A DNA stretch of 64,000 bases from assembly GCF_018350175.1 (NCBI RefSeq), contig NC_058368.1, positions 29,204,001 to 29,268,000 on the forward strand. The letters are read 5' to 3'. The notes below the pieces were generated by a model. The model saw only the letters and a program-made list of their open reading frames with translations, was not told the DNA's origin and ran no database searches. Of the stretch, positions 23,851 to 37,749 are shown one piece after another. How positions within the stretch are numbered: the stretch's first letter is position 1; every line of letters begins with the position of its first letter. The position numbers and the translations under genes were made by a program. This DNA comes from Felis catus. Taxonomy: Eukaryota.

Positions 23851-25478
23851 AGGAAAGCTGTCCTACTTATATTTCTTAGGTACTCACTTTTTTTTTTTTT
23901 TTCTATTTTAGATCTTTTAAAGGTCTTTTTTCTATCCCCATTTTTCTTTCATGTTGCCTCTTTGGGATCACTCCGTATTCTGAATTACAGAATCTGGTTT
24001 ACGTGTGCTGCTCTGGCGCAGGCTTAGTATCACTTCTGACCTGCCGACTCTTGAGAATTGTCCTTAGAGTACCGACTAATCCTGGTCTTGTGGTGGGTGA
24101 CGGAGAAGACTTGCCGTTCTCAGGTATGGGTAACACTAGCGAGTAAAACGTCTTGGGTTTTTTTTCCCCCCTCTAAACATTGAGGTTCATGACCTTAAGA
24201 GTTATTTACTCTACTACTGTAACTAGGATGGAAATTTTAGCTAGAAATGTTCTAACAAAAATTTGTCATCCTTTTGATTTGTCCTTGTTTTCAATTGGAC
24301 ACTCTTCCTCCGATGTGCTTGAGACTGCATGTAAAGACTTTGGAAACCTGCTGAAGGACTGTCACATTTATGGCTGTTGGGTATTGGTGCATCCTTCTAC
24401 AGTCTTTTTCCAAATGTGATAAAGTATGTTAAAGTTTGTTAATAGAATCCTACAAAATCTGTAGATTTTGGAGATCATTCTGAATATTTTATTTCCTAGG
24501 AGATTATGATATTCAACTTAGCAGACTTACAGTGGTCAAATGAGTTTAATATATGAATGTACCTCCTAGCATAGTAGGAACACCAGAGACAATAAAGATT
24601 GATTCTGATAAAATTTTGACCCTTACTTCAACTTTGAACCTCGAATTTTAGGGGCAAAGTGTTTTTATCTTTATCTTTCCCCTTTCTTAATAAAACTACT
24701 TTGTGCTTTTGTTAGCTTCTGATTGTCTGTTAGAGGGAAGAACAGGTAAATCAGTGTACACAGACAATTTCACCTAACCTGTAATTTTTTTAAGTAACTG
24801 TTTTTTCCTGATTGTGGAAGTAATATATGCTATGCATATAGAAAAATTTAAAACGCCGAAAGGTAGAAAAGCTAGAAAGCAAGCAAAAGGTATCCACAAG
24901 CCCACAACTAGAGATCATCTTGTTAACATTTTGCTCTATTTCTTTTTTAGGTTACCCCCCCAAAAAATACTCTGTTTACCTTTTTTTACATGTAAACCAT
25001 AATGTCATAGAAAATTTTAAAAACCTAATTGAGATTACATTGTTTTGCATTCTGCTTTTTTCATTTAATGCAGATATCACCACTGTCCCTTTTTAGCAGA
25101 CCTACTTTCTTAGTATAATATTTGAAGTTTTCTTCCTTTAGGGTCTCAGCTAAAAGGGAAGCACCAAATGCTTTCTAGAAAATAGCTGATTTAATCCAGT
25201 TTATTAATATATTTATCAGTTATGCTCCTACTCATTTGCCTTAGCTAATTATATACATTGGATGAATAGAAAACAGTGCTATATTCATTTATTTTAATAT
25301 GTTATATTCAGATGTTTGGAGAATTATTTTCTTTTTATGGATTATTGAATTTCAGGACAGTGTTTGGAGCTGGCTGCGGCTGTGAACTGAGCAGGATTTC
25401 TTGAGACTTCTTCCAGCTTTTATATTTGCAGAGTTGATTTTTTTTTTAGATTGTGTTTATTATATTTCAGATGCTGAG

Positions 25479-25896
25479 ATGAATCGTCACCTGTGTGCTT
25501 GGCTTTTTAGACTTTCATCTCGTAATGGTTACCACCAGTGCCACATCCACCCCCCGTCTCATCAGTTTACACAGAGACATTTTGATACAAGACTGTGGGT
25601 TTTTAGACAAAACAGGCATCCCGTTCTCCATCATCTGTTAAATAAGAATTGTCCCAGGAGATATTGTCATCAAGACACCAGGATGCTGTGGAAGCATAAA
25701 GCACTACAGAAATATATGGAGGACCTGAGTAAGGAGCACCGTATGCTTGATCAGTGTTTGCAGCGAGTTTCTCTGAATGAAGGGGACCGAAGAGCCTTGA
25801 ATAGAAGGCATGCCGAGTTGGCACCACTCGCAGCCATTTACCAAGAAATTCAGGAGGCTGAGCAAGCAATTGAAGAATTAGATTCAATGTGTAGAA
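25479..25896 (+). CDS. MTRF1: MTRF1 first coding exon (exon begins at 25471); includes the presumed mitochondrial presequence
   Basis: Acceptor tatttcAG at 25470; ATG 25479 MNRHLCAWLFRLSSRNG...LAPLAAIYQEIQEAEQAIEELDSMCR; donor A|GTAGGT at 25897; 418 nt. Confidence 0.93.
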
Positions 25897-26204
25897 GTAG
25901 GTAACAGATACGTGTGTGTATAAGGACATGATTGATTATAGGTTAAAGCTTTATTGAATTGCAGTCTTTTAAAAAACCTACACTCAGCGAAGACAGGATT
26001 CTCCCCTGGGTGTTTAAAGTATTTCAGCTACTAAAAGTCAGCTACTAAGAGACCAAGCTCCTCGTGGTGCTTGCCAAGTTTTTAGGGTCTAGGAAACTGA
26101 ATATTAATATTTTCAGAAATTTTAGTTTATTGAGCACTGTCCTATGTGTATAGCAGAGACACAAAAATACGGTTCCAACCCCATGAAAGGGCTCATATGG
26201 TCTA

Positions 26205-27440
26205 GGTGTTATTTCATCTTCCCAGAAAGAAACTCTGCACCCTGTAGCCATCTTGTCCCAATTCCCCCTTCCCTACCAACCAGAAGCAACTGCTAATCTA
26301 CTTTCTAGATTTACTCACTTCAGGCACTTATAGAGTCATGCAATATATTCTCTGTGATTGGCTTATTTCATTTAGCATAATATTTTCAAGGTTCATCTAT
26401 ATTGTAGCATGTATTTGTACTTTTTATTGTGGAACTGTATTCCATTGTATGGATATACCACATTTTCTTTTCATCTATCCATTCATCAGTTAATGGATAT
26501 TGAATTGTTTCCACTTTTTGGTTATTAAGAACAATGGTGCTACAATTTCTGAGTCTTGTAACTCTACATTTTACCTTTTGAACAGTTGGGAGACTGTTTT
26601 CCAAAGTGGCTTTCACCATTTAAATTCTGCCCTTTTGATTCTAGCTATCCTAATGGGTGGAGATGATATCTTATTGTGGCTTTGATTTGCATTTCCCTGA
26701 TTAATGATGTTGAGCATCTTTTCATGTGCCTGTTGGTCATTTGTAATTCATCTTTGGTTAAATGACTGTTCAGATCCTTTGCCTATTTTTAAATTACTTT
26801 TCTTGCTATTGACTTGTGAGAGTTCTTTATATTATAGCTACAAGTTTATTATCAGATATATGCAAAAATTATCTCTGTGGGTTATTTTTTGAATCACTAT
26901 AATTTTTTTTAGGATCTTATTTTTTTTTAATGTCTGTTTATTTATTTTGAGAGGGGGGAGGGGAAGAGAGAGAATTCCAAGCAGGCTCTGTCAGTACAGA
27001 GCCTGATGGGAAGCTTGAACCCACGAACCGTGAGATCATGTCCAGAGCCAAAATCAAGAGTCCGACGCTTAACCAACTGAACCACCCAGGCGCCCCTGAG
27101 ATTTTGTTTTTAAGTAATCTCTACATCTAACGTGGGGCTTGAACTCACAACCACAAGATCAAGAGTCGCATGCTCTATCTACTAAGCCAGCCAGCTGCCC
27201 CTTCCCCCGCTTTTTTAAAAAAGATTGAAGCACCATAATATTTAATTTTCATGATGTCAGATTTATCTTTTTTTTTTTCTTGTTGCTTGTGTTTTTGGTG
27301 TCCTATCTAAGAAACTGTTGTGTAATCTAAGGTCACAAAGGGTACATCATGTTTACTTCTGAGAGTTATATTTTTAGCCTTATATTTAATTATTTGATCT
27401 ATTTGAATTAATTTTATATATGATGTGAGATGTGTATTTT
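26205..27440 (-). mobile_element. Old L1M (L1MB-like) 3' fragment with SINE insertions
   Basis: tattccattgtatggatataccaca, ccattcatcagttaatgga, tttgatttgcatttccctga. Confidence 0.7.
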
Positions 27441-30302
27441 TAATTTTAGTATTTCTTAATATTGCTGTTGCCTTAACATTTTCCTTATATGAAAATTTTC
27501 CAAAATGTACACAAGTTGAGAGAAAAATATGATGAACTAACCTGGGATTCAACATTTATCCAGATAGTGCTTTAAGCTTTTAGTTTCTAAACTTTCCCCT
27601 GTGCTTCATCCTGTTTCATTAAGTGTTAGAGACATTAAGCAACGTCAAGGCCAGTCACAGTTACACCTATAAATTTCTGGATTTCCAAAGACTTGTATTG
27701 TCCTGCCTTTTGTTGGTGGTACCATGAGTTTCTCACCTATTGTTTAATGAGGACTTTTTTTACTCTTTTGTATTATGCCACTCAAATTTGTAATTCATTG
27801 GTTTTGGGAAAGTTCTTTGCACATAATAGAAACTGACTAAATGCTTTCTAAATTAAATTGACATAATCTTCTTCAGCCTTGGTTGTATCATGTGTAATTA
27901 AGACTGGATTAGATTGCTTCTGAAATGTTTTCTAGGTCTGCAATTCTGCTATTCTCTAATAAAAGCTACATTTCCTGTCTTACTATGTGCCAGGCACTTA
28001 AGCTAAGTATTTTACAAATATTACCTCATTTGAATATTCACAATAATCTGCTGAGGTAAAATCTTCATTTTATAGATGAAGCAACTGAGAGCTTAAGATG
28101 TTAAAGGTCACTCAGCCAGTCAGGTGAGGAGTAAGGATTTGAACCCAATCAGTGAGACTCCACAGCCTCTGTTCTTATCCACTGCACAATGATTCAAAGT
28201 CCAGGAGGCTCTACCTCTGTGGTATACCTTTCAATAGTCCCCTTCTATTCTTTCTGCTCATTTATATCTTTATTATATCTCATCCTGAATGATTACGATA
28301 AATTCCTAACTTGTGCCACTTACAGGCTTTCCCAGTCCAAGTGCAACCTTAATCTATTACTCCCCTGCTCAGAATTTTCAGTAGCTCCCATTGCGTATAA
28401 ATACATATTTCTTGATTTGGCATTTAAGATCCTCTGCAGAGTGACACCAGCCTCTCTGTGTAGTGCGTTAATTCCCATTGCATACGCTACTTTCCAAGAA
28501 AAATAGATAACTCACCGTTCCCTGAATATTCCAGTATCATCCCATGTCTGTCTTTGCACTTACTGTTACCCACCAATGTCACCTTGTTAAAATTCAGTCC
28601 CCTTTTACGTATGGCTTGGATGTCATACTTTGGCCTCAATCCCCTCTGTAAAACAAATAAGTTTACCTTTCTCTGTTTTGAATTTTGATCCTTTGTCTTA
28701 AAAGTTAATTGGTTTGGGGTCCCTGGGTGGCTCAGTCGGTTAAGCGTCCAACTTCAGCTCAGGTTATGATCTCGCAGCTCATGAATTCGAGCCCTGTGTC
28801 AGGCTCTGTGCTGACAGCCTACTTTGGATTCTGTGTCTCTGTTTTTCTGCTCTCCCCTGCTCTGCTCGTACTCTGTCTTTGTCTCTGTCAAAAATAAACA
28901 TTAAAAAAAAAAGTTAATTAACTTCGGCCCCTTCCCTCATCATCTGTTCTCAAGGACAGAGCCTGTGTCTCACTCATCTTTATATTTCCTGCAGCACCAA
29001 ACATAGGATATAATAGACAAACCTTTGTTGATATAATGAAATTGAATTAAGTTGGATTTTATAGATCAGTAAACAGTTAGAGGCCACAAAAATAATTTTA
29101 TGTGACTGCAAATCACGTTTTTCTTTTGACCTACCAAGTATCTATACGGAGTATTGTCATGCTGGTTTCCATTTGTGGCGTAAGTGCATACTGTGGGGCC
29201 ACTAGTGATATTACAATTCTGCAACACATGATCCATAATTAGAATTTAGTTTGGCATCTTATCAGAAAGCCTTTCTCAAGTGCTGAAGTCTGGGTTAGAC
29301 CCCCTCCTTTATGCCTCCATGGCACTGTCATATCACATGTTTTAATCGTGTACGTGTCCATCTTTCCCACCACGCTGAGCCACTTGAGGCCTAGAATCCT
29401 GTTTTATTCATCCTTGTGTTCCCAACAAGTAGCAGAGTATCTGGCGCATAGTAAGTGTTAAATGTTGAAAGCATGAAAGAGGCATAGAATCCCACCAGAC
29501 CTTAATGGCTTCCATGACTAGGGAAGAAGTTTCAAGAGCCTTCTCTCTTTTATGATTATGATTTTTTCATTTCTGTTTTCTTACCAAGAATCAACAATTT
29601 CTACCTCAATTTGCAAGCATTGCCACTAACAAATGGAGTCTCAGTATCTAGCAATGGAGGCAAAAGTTATGAGATCCACCAAGCTTGGCTACTGTCTCTC
29701 ATTGGTAGCTTTCTTGTTGGGAGTTCTATGATTTAACTTTCTGCTTTTGAAATGATGTGAAAAGGACCATTGTTTCCATAAAACAGAGGTTACAAAGATG
29801 TTTTGTTTGACCTGCATGGTGTTCTTAAAAAATGTTTACTAGGGATAAACATTTCAAGAGACTTCAAACTTTTAAGAGTTCTTATTTCTGACTTTGAAAA
29901 AAATGGAGGCTCTACTAGCCATGCTAGATTACCCACCGTGTGTGGAGTAATGGCTGCCACCTTGAAGACAAAAAGTGCTCACCCCAATTTTCTCCAAAAC
30001 TCTCCTTACTTGGGTTTATATTTAATTAACCAGTTCCTTAAATAATCATCGATTTCTAGAATTAATTGTACACATTCAAATCATAAACTCTTTGGGGCAC
30101 CAGTCATACTTCTTTTCACGCTGACTTTTTTAGACAGAGTTCACAAGTACTTATTAATTGATATTGTCTATTCTAACTGTTCTTTTGTATAATCCCTTTA
30201 CTTCACAACTGAAATAAAACTTAGTAGGCAGAGATTAAGTAGCTGTTTGAGTTTCTCTATGAGTATTTAAAAACATTTATCATTTCTGTTGCTGTTTCGT
30301 AG

Positions 30303-30394
30303 ATCTAAATCAACAAGATGAAAAGCAGTTACAAGAACTTGCATTGGAAGAGAGACAAACCATGGTTCAAAAAATCAATATGTTATACAGTGAG
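30303..30394 (+). CDS. MTRF1: MTRF1 coding exon 2
   Basis: tttcgtAG|AT CTA AAT..., (N)LNQQDEKQLQELALEERQTMVQKINMLYSE, donor GAG|GTATGT; 92 nt; phases consistent. Confidence 0.93.
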
Positions 30395-31774
30395 GTATGT
30401 TTTAGGTGGCAGACTACTCAATTTTGTTAATATAAAAGAATATTGTTTCGCTAGGATATATTGTGCTCAAAGTACTTTCCAACACCAGTTTATTAAGCCT
30501 TCTTTTATAATAAATGATTAAGCTGGGTTTAATACTGTAATCTGCTACAGATTGAATAATGAGATTGAAGCCATTGGAATGCCAAAGAATAAAATATCAC
30601 CTTTCCCCCTCCTCCAAGAGCAACCATATTCCAAAGCTATTAACTTGCCAGGCAAGGAGACAGATGTTGGTAAAGAAATTTAGTTCACCAAGAGGAAGAA
30701 TCAACAGTTTTTAAGCCTTAGAAAATGGGGAGGTATTTGCAGTGATTGTGTTAATTAAGGATTGAAAATTTGCTTTCTGGATAGAATGGGATGAATCAAA
30801 GGGTGTAGACACAGTTGGTTCACACACGTCTTTAGCTCCTTGTAGTTCAACCGATGATTTGTTTAAAGGACAGCGAGAAACAGTGCTGTCTGTATACTGT
30901 CTTTGCTTCTGTCCTATTTGCCATCTTCCTGCAATCAGTCTCCCTATTCTGGGATCCATAGTGGGGCTTGTTGAGAGGAATGAGGTGGAGTTACCGGTTA
31001 CTGTGATTTAACCAGCAAGTCAACCAGAAGTAGGGTGTCACTCTTGGTCTGATATTCTCTCCCATAAACTATCATTTCTAGCAGAGACGGCGTATTTCAA
31101 AAATTAGCAGTAGAGAGAGTCATGACACGTAGGAACTTTTAGTTTGATTTGCAAGACCTTTTAGTAATAAATAAAAAATAAAACTGCTTCCTTTTTCTTC
31201 TTTAGAGGGAAGCTAGTTACTTTCTTTATTAGGAAGCCCCTTGTTTTCTTTTCACAGCTCAAACTATTTGGGCCTTATCCTGGGGGACCTCAGTACATTC
31301 TTTAAGCAGAGCAGCTCTCCTGAGAACACAGGGCATGACCTGGGGCCTGCTGTCCTCTATGGCAGGAGAGAATAGTCATATGGAAGGAGTCCTTATTTTC
31401 GGCAAGTGAAGACTTTCAAAGTTTTACTTCATTCATTAGATGAAAGAAGCTACTGTTCAGAACTAATAAGAGGCAAAATCTGAAAAAATTGAATGGAACA
31501 CTCTGGACTTTGATCTACACTTGGACATTTTAGAAAATTAAGATTGTCTGATAGCATTGTGGAGAATACCCTGACAAGTAGCTCCATTGTTAGCATGAAC
31601 TGATCACTTATTTTAGGTCCGGTCCACTTATAGCATTTAATGACTAGACCTTGTTGGGATGCTATATGATTGTGTTATTGATTTTTTAATGTTTGGAGGT
31701 CTTTTATCTAAAATCAAGCAATAGTATACCATAGAAAATATACACACAAATGCTGATTTTTCCCCCTTTTTCAG

Positions 31775-31856
31775 CTTTTCCAGAGTCTAGTGCCAAAGGA
31801 GAAATATGACAAAAATGACGTTCTTTTAGAGGTGACATCTGGAAGAACTACTGGAG
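31775..31856 (+). CDS. MTRF1: MTRF1 coding exon 3
   Basis: tttttcAG|CTT TTC CAG..., LFQSLVPKEKYDKNDVLLEVTSGRTTG, donor G|GTCAGT; 82 nt. Confidence 0.94.
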
Positions 31857-32064
31857 GTCAGTTAAATAATTTTATTATAAATGATCCAAGAAAAAAATAC
31901 TTAAAAAAAAATTTTTACCTTGGTTTGACACACTTTAACTTTAAAAGTCCATTAAATGTGTTTCACTGTGGAACCAGTTACTCATTTCCTAAGAGGCCTG
32001 TACCTAAGAATGGCTCTCTTAAAAATTTGTGCTGAATATTTTTTGTATATATATATATTTTTAG

Positions 32065-32172
32065 GTGATATCTGCCAGCAGTTTACCCGGGAAATATTTG
32101 ATATGTACCAGAATTATTCAAGCTATAAAAACTGGAAATTTGAACTTCTGAATTATACACCAGCTGATTACG
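32065..32172 (+). CDS. MTRF1: MTRF1 coding exon 4
   Basis: ttttAG|GT GAT ATC..., (G)DICQQFTREIFDMYQNYSSYKNWKFELLNYTPADY, donor G|GTAGGC; 108 nt. Confidence 0.95.
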
Positions 32173-33204
32173 GTAGGCATATTTGAGGATTTTGTCCATA
32201 GATGATGCTAAAAATTATTTTACGTCTGATCTCCATTAGAACCATGTGGGCCCATTTTTTATTTAAATTTTTCTTTTTTATTTTGAAAGAGAGAGTGCAC
32301 GCATGCACAAGTGGGGGAGGGGCAGCGAGAAGTGGGGAGAGAGAATGTCAAGCAAGTTCCGTTCCGGGAGCACAGAGTCCAACACGGCTCGAGCCTATAA
32401 ACCATGGGCTCATGACCTGAGGTGAAATCAAGAGTCTGATGGGCTTTTAACCAACTGAGCCACCCAAGTGCCCCTCCCATTTTTTAAAACATTTTATCTG
32501 TATCTACTAAATGCTGTGATACAGGCTCATCATTCTCAGCGGCTTTACCCTAATAGGGGTCTTAACCAGGAGTGGGATGTAGTGAAGGAAGGAATGTCTG
32601 AATTAGAGAAAACTTCTCTGGGAAGGATAGATATACCTTGCCTTGAAACTCTTTGTTCTCTATTGAAAGAAAGATGTGTTAAGGTTTTTGCTGTTAAGAA
32701 ATTTATCATTTATGGGATACAACCTGAAAGTATTATCAGTTAGACTGAGTGGCTAATGATGTATTAGATTCTTTTTTAACCTCTTTAATTTTTATAATCT
32801 GAAAGGTTAAATATTCATAACAAAATAGTCTTTCCAAAAATCTGGTCTGCCAGTGGTTCAGCCTTATGCTTCTCTGCCAAATCCATTGAAATCGTTCTTC
32901 ATAAAGGATTTTAACTTTCTGAGCTTTCTTCAAGCTCTCTTTTGAACATATTCCATCCACCTTATATTCTTATTATCATAATGTTGAAGTTAAAAAAAGA
33001 ATCTTCTCCCTATTTCATATTATCTCAAAAACTTTTCTCACATTTTTATTCTCTCAACTTCTCATTTCATTTCATTGCCCTTAGTAGCATTTTCTCTACC
33101 TTCCCTCAGCACCATGTGTGAGTTTCCTGACTTTGCATCTATTCTCTTTTTTTATGTGTTCAATTTTTATGGAAATGCAGAAAAAGTTAATCATTTGCCT
33201 TTAT

Positions 33205-33429
33205 TTTTTTTTTAATTTTTTTTTTCCAACGTTTATTTATTTTTGGGACAGAGAGAGACAGAGCATGAATGGGGGAGGGGCAGAGAGAGAGGGAGACACA
33301 GAATCGGAAACAGGCTCCAGGCTCTGAGCCATCAGCCCAGAGCCTGACGCGGGGCTCGAACTCCCGGACCGCGAGATCGTGACCTGGCTGAAGTCGGACG
33401 CTTAACCGACTGCGTCACCCAGGCGCCCC
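33205..33429 (-). mobile_element. Young SINEC_Fc-type insertion
   Basis: Near-identical to the 16792 and 49222 copies; TSD atttg(c/t)ctttattttt. Confidence 0.9.
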
Positions 33430-36309
33430 AATTTGTCTTTATTTTTAAGACACCACTCTAGTTGGGCAGATAAAAACTTATACAATGTAAACAATAGCAA
33501 ACAATACAAGTCCTTAAACTTTTAAATACTCAATTATGTTAAATCAGAACATCTGGTAGTAATTCTTTTTTTTTTCCCCATTCTTTTAAGCCATATGAAA
33601 GTTTTTATCTTCTTGGTTATACATTGATACCCAATAATAAACTGCAAACTCTCAGGAAAAAGGAAGAAGGATTGAAGTAAGTTAAACAGTGGAGGAAAAT
33701 GTATGAATAAGAAAGTTGTGCTTGGTACAGGTTTTCAGTACAGCCAGTGGTCAGGAAAGAGGAATTGAAAGCAGAGGGAAGGAGCCACCAGAGCAACAAT
33801 GTGGTGGTAGGAAAGATCTTGGTGTGTGTGAAGGACAATGAGGACCCCAGTTTACCCAGAGCACATTTGTGATAGGAGGTCATAGGAAATGAGTTTAAGG
33901 GAGTAGAGTTTGAACAGCCTTGAAAGCTGAACAGGCCTTGATTTTGGGGGAGTAGAGAGCTGTTGGAGATTTTATCAATAAGCATATGACTTGATAAATA
34001 CATATTTTAAGATTATTTAGACAGCAATTTGCAGGATGGATCAAGAAGCTAGATTTAAGCAGACTGCAGAGAGGTTATTAGAGAAATCCAGGTATAACTA
34101 AGATTTACACTTGGCAGTAGACACATGGGAGATCTTCAAAGGAAGAATGGACAAAAGAGGGCCTAGTGCTTGCCCCCATGTCCAGGGTGCAGTGTAGGTG
34201 GTTTGATCTTCATAGCCCTGTGAGATAGATATTATTAATCCCATTTTACAGAGGAGGAGTTAGACTCAGAGAGTAAGTACCTAATCCAAGATCACATGGT
34301 AAGTAATGGCAGTCCCAGGATTAAACTTAAGTTTGTCAGATCCAGAATCATACATCCCCATCCTCATAGTCTATTCTGACACAAACAAGATGAGCCACCG
34401 GGATTCTAATCTTTCTAGCTGGGAAGACTACAACATTCATTCAAGATGGAACGCAGAGTGAATTATTAAATCTCTGGTTATAGTGAACACCCATTCAGAA
34501 ACATGCACTAAATGCTGAAGTTGTGTAGCCAGAGCTTGGGTGAGAGAACAGCATCAAGGAGAAAGATTCAATAGCCACATCTAACACTGAGAGAATACGT
34601 GAGGGAGAGTCTATGGAGAGGGAACATGTAAGGCATCGGAACTTGGAGAACGGCCACATTTAGAAAGATTAACTAGTTGGCAAAAGAAAGAGAGGAGTCA
34701 GATAAGCAGAAAAAGGATGAGGACTGCATAATAGTATGTTTAGAAAGTAATATCTATTCCCAGCATGGGGCTTGAACTCATGACCCCAAGATCAAGAGTC
34801 ACATGCCCTACCGACTGAGCCAGCCAGGCGCCCCAAGGACAATATAATATTATGGAAGCAAGAGAGGAGAGAGTTTAAAGGACAATATAATCAGAAATAG
34901 CAGCATTATGGGGCACCTGGCTGACTCGGTTGGTGGAGCATGCTACTCTTGATATCAGGGTTATAGGTTCAAGCCCCACGTTGGGTATAGAGATTACTTA
35001 AAAAAATAAAATTTTTAGAAACAGCATTATAAAAGGGAATAGTGGTAAATGTCATCATGACCTCTCAGATGTATCCAGTTTTCAAGAACAAAAGATGAAC
35101 TCAATAACAACAGGGAAAGAGATTCTGTTCCAGGAATGTAGAGCAGCCTAAACAATTCCTAGACAATGTTTGGGAAACCTTTCTTTTAGATAGACTGACT
35201 TACTGGAAAAATAAAATAGAGATACCCTAAAAAGTAAAAAAAGGCTTTTTTTTTAAGTTATTTATTTTGAGAGAGAGAGAGCGTTCGTGCAAGCAGGGGA
35301 GGGGCAGAGAGAGAGGGAGAGAGAGAATCCCAAGCGCAGAGTCCCATGGCGGGCTTACAGACTGTGAGATTGTGATCTGAGCTGAAATCAAGAGTCAGAC
35401 CCTTAACCAACTGAGCCTCTCAGGCACTCCAAAAAGGACTTTTTTTTAAAGGAGGAAAAATTTAAATATCTTACTCTATACCTTTAAAATTAAAGACTAA
35501 GTGGAGTGCCTGGGTGGCTCAGCTAGTTAAGCGTCCGACTTCGGCTCAGGTCATGATCTCACGGTTTGTGGATTCAAGCCCTGCATCGGACTCTGTGCTG
35601 ACAGCTCAGAGCCTGGAGCCTACTTCAGATTCTGTGTCTCCTTCTCTGTCTGCCCCTCCCCTGCTTGTGCTCTGTCTCTCTTTCTCTCAAAACTAAATAA
35701 ACGTTAAAAAAAATTTTTTTTAATTAAAGACTAAGAATAAACCTCTACTTATTATAATTATAAAATACTTAAAAGTCGATTTATTTATAATTAGGAGAAG
35801 AAAAGATGTGACTAGGAAGGCTAAAATAGAGGGGTAAAAAGTACCTACCTTATAAACTATATACGTTAAATTCTCTCTCTATATTTTAATATTTAATTGA
35901 AATGGAGAGGAACTCCAAAGATTCACACAGCCCTAAAAGCTAAGGTTGAAAGAAAACATACCTTCATGCAAAAATTCATGTATCGAGTGACTTAAAGTCT
36001 TGTAGTTTTGTGACCGTAGGTACAGATAGGGATAATACTCAGTCATTCCATAAATAGTCCAAAGTAAATGATTAAAGATAGTGTTTGTGGAAGCAGTAGA
36101 GGGCAAGAGCTCTGGATATGTAGTATAAGTCTGAACTCTGTTATTCTGTATACTGGGTATCTGATAAATTGAAATATATTCCAAGTTAAAGGGATTCTAT
36201 GAAGTGTATTACATTATCTCCTCCCTCCCAACAGTTTAATGTTTATAATTATGTTTTGCTATACTCTGCTTGCCAGTTAAATTCAGGGAAAGGTCGCTTA
36301 ATGTAACGT

Positions 36310-37699
36310 GATGATTCATTTTATGTGTCCAGAAGACATACTTTTTACCACAGATGTGAGACATAAATTTGTAAGGGGAGCCCTGGCATCCTTGAAGAGC
36401 TCTATGATTGCTCTTCTCTGTCGGCCAGACCTTAGAGTGGGGACTTTGGTAGCTCAATTGGGAAACCTAAATGCAATGGGAGTAATTGGATTTCAGGGTG
36501 GCAGGGGGCAAGTGGCAGCACTCAGCAGCAGAGGTAAGGTGGGTACAGTTGCTGTCATGGACAGTAGAGTCAAAGCAGCAGTCAGTAGTCTGATGCGTAT
36601 AGACCTATGGCATTGGCTAGTTGACCATGGCGTCTCTAGAGGGAAAATAGATAGGAAGCCCCGTAAATTCTTACTTGATCTGTATAAGCAGAAAAGTGTT
36701 AGGTCAAGTGAACAGAAATCTAACTTTAATCATAAAAACAAGTCATGGCTCCTCAATCAGTTCTCAGACCTGAGCCGGTTTACAGGCCCAAACCCCTTGA
36801 ATAAAGGGGACGCTGGGTCCCCTTGAGGAAGGACCCCCGTATATTGCCAAATATTTATACTCTTCACTCTTCTCTCAGCATTCTCCCAAAAGGGATCTGT
36901 GGCCTTTTCCAAGGGTAACTGTGTCCTGCAGAAAAGGAAATAACCAGACTTTTCAGGGACTACTGGACACTGGCTCTGAAATGACACTGATTCCAGGAGA
37001 CCCAAAACATCACTGTGGCCCAGCACTTAGAAGAGAGGCTTGTGGAGGGCAGGTGAAGAATAGTTTTAGTACAGGTTCCTCTCACAGTGGGCCTGGTGGG
37101 TTCCCAAACCCATCCTGCAATGGTTTCCCAGTTCTGGATACATAGCTGGAACAGATATACTCAGCAGCTGGCAGAATCCCATATTATTTTCCTTGACCTG
37201 TGGGGTGAGGACTAGAGAATGAGAAAGGCCAAGTAGGAGCCATCAGCATTGCCTCTGCCTAGGAAAATAGTAAACCAAAAGCAATGCTGCCTTCCTAAAG
37301 AGATTGCAGAGATTAGTGCCATCATCAAGGACTTAAAAGATGCACGGTTGATGATTCCTACCGCATCCCTTTTCAACTTGTTTATTTGACCTATAAAGAA
37401 GGTAGATCAGATCCCAGTGAATGACAGTGGATTATTATAAGCTTAGCCAGCTGGTGATTCTAATGACAGCAGCTGTACCAGATGTGGTTTCATTGCTTGA
37501 GCAAATTCACAGCCCCTGATACCTGGTATGTAGCTGTTGATCTGACAAATACTTTTTTTTCTCCACACCTGCCAGTTAGGACCACCAAAAGCAGTTTTCT
37601 TTCAGCTGGCAAGGCCAGCAGTGCACCTCACTCTCCTACCTCAGAGGTATATCATTTCTGCCCTACATCATAATTTAGTTCACAGGATCTTTGTTTGTT

Positions 37700-37749
<50 letters not shown>

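Noticed and set aside
23608..24027. 139-aa ORF over the MTRF1 promoter
   Set aside because: Crosses promoter motifs and a poly(T) run; no recognisable protein similarity.
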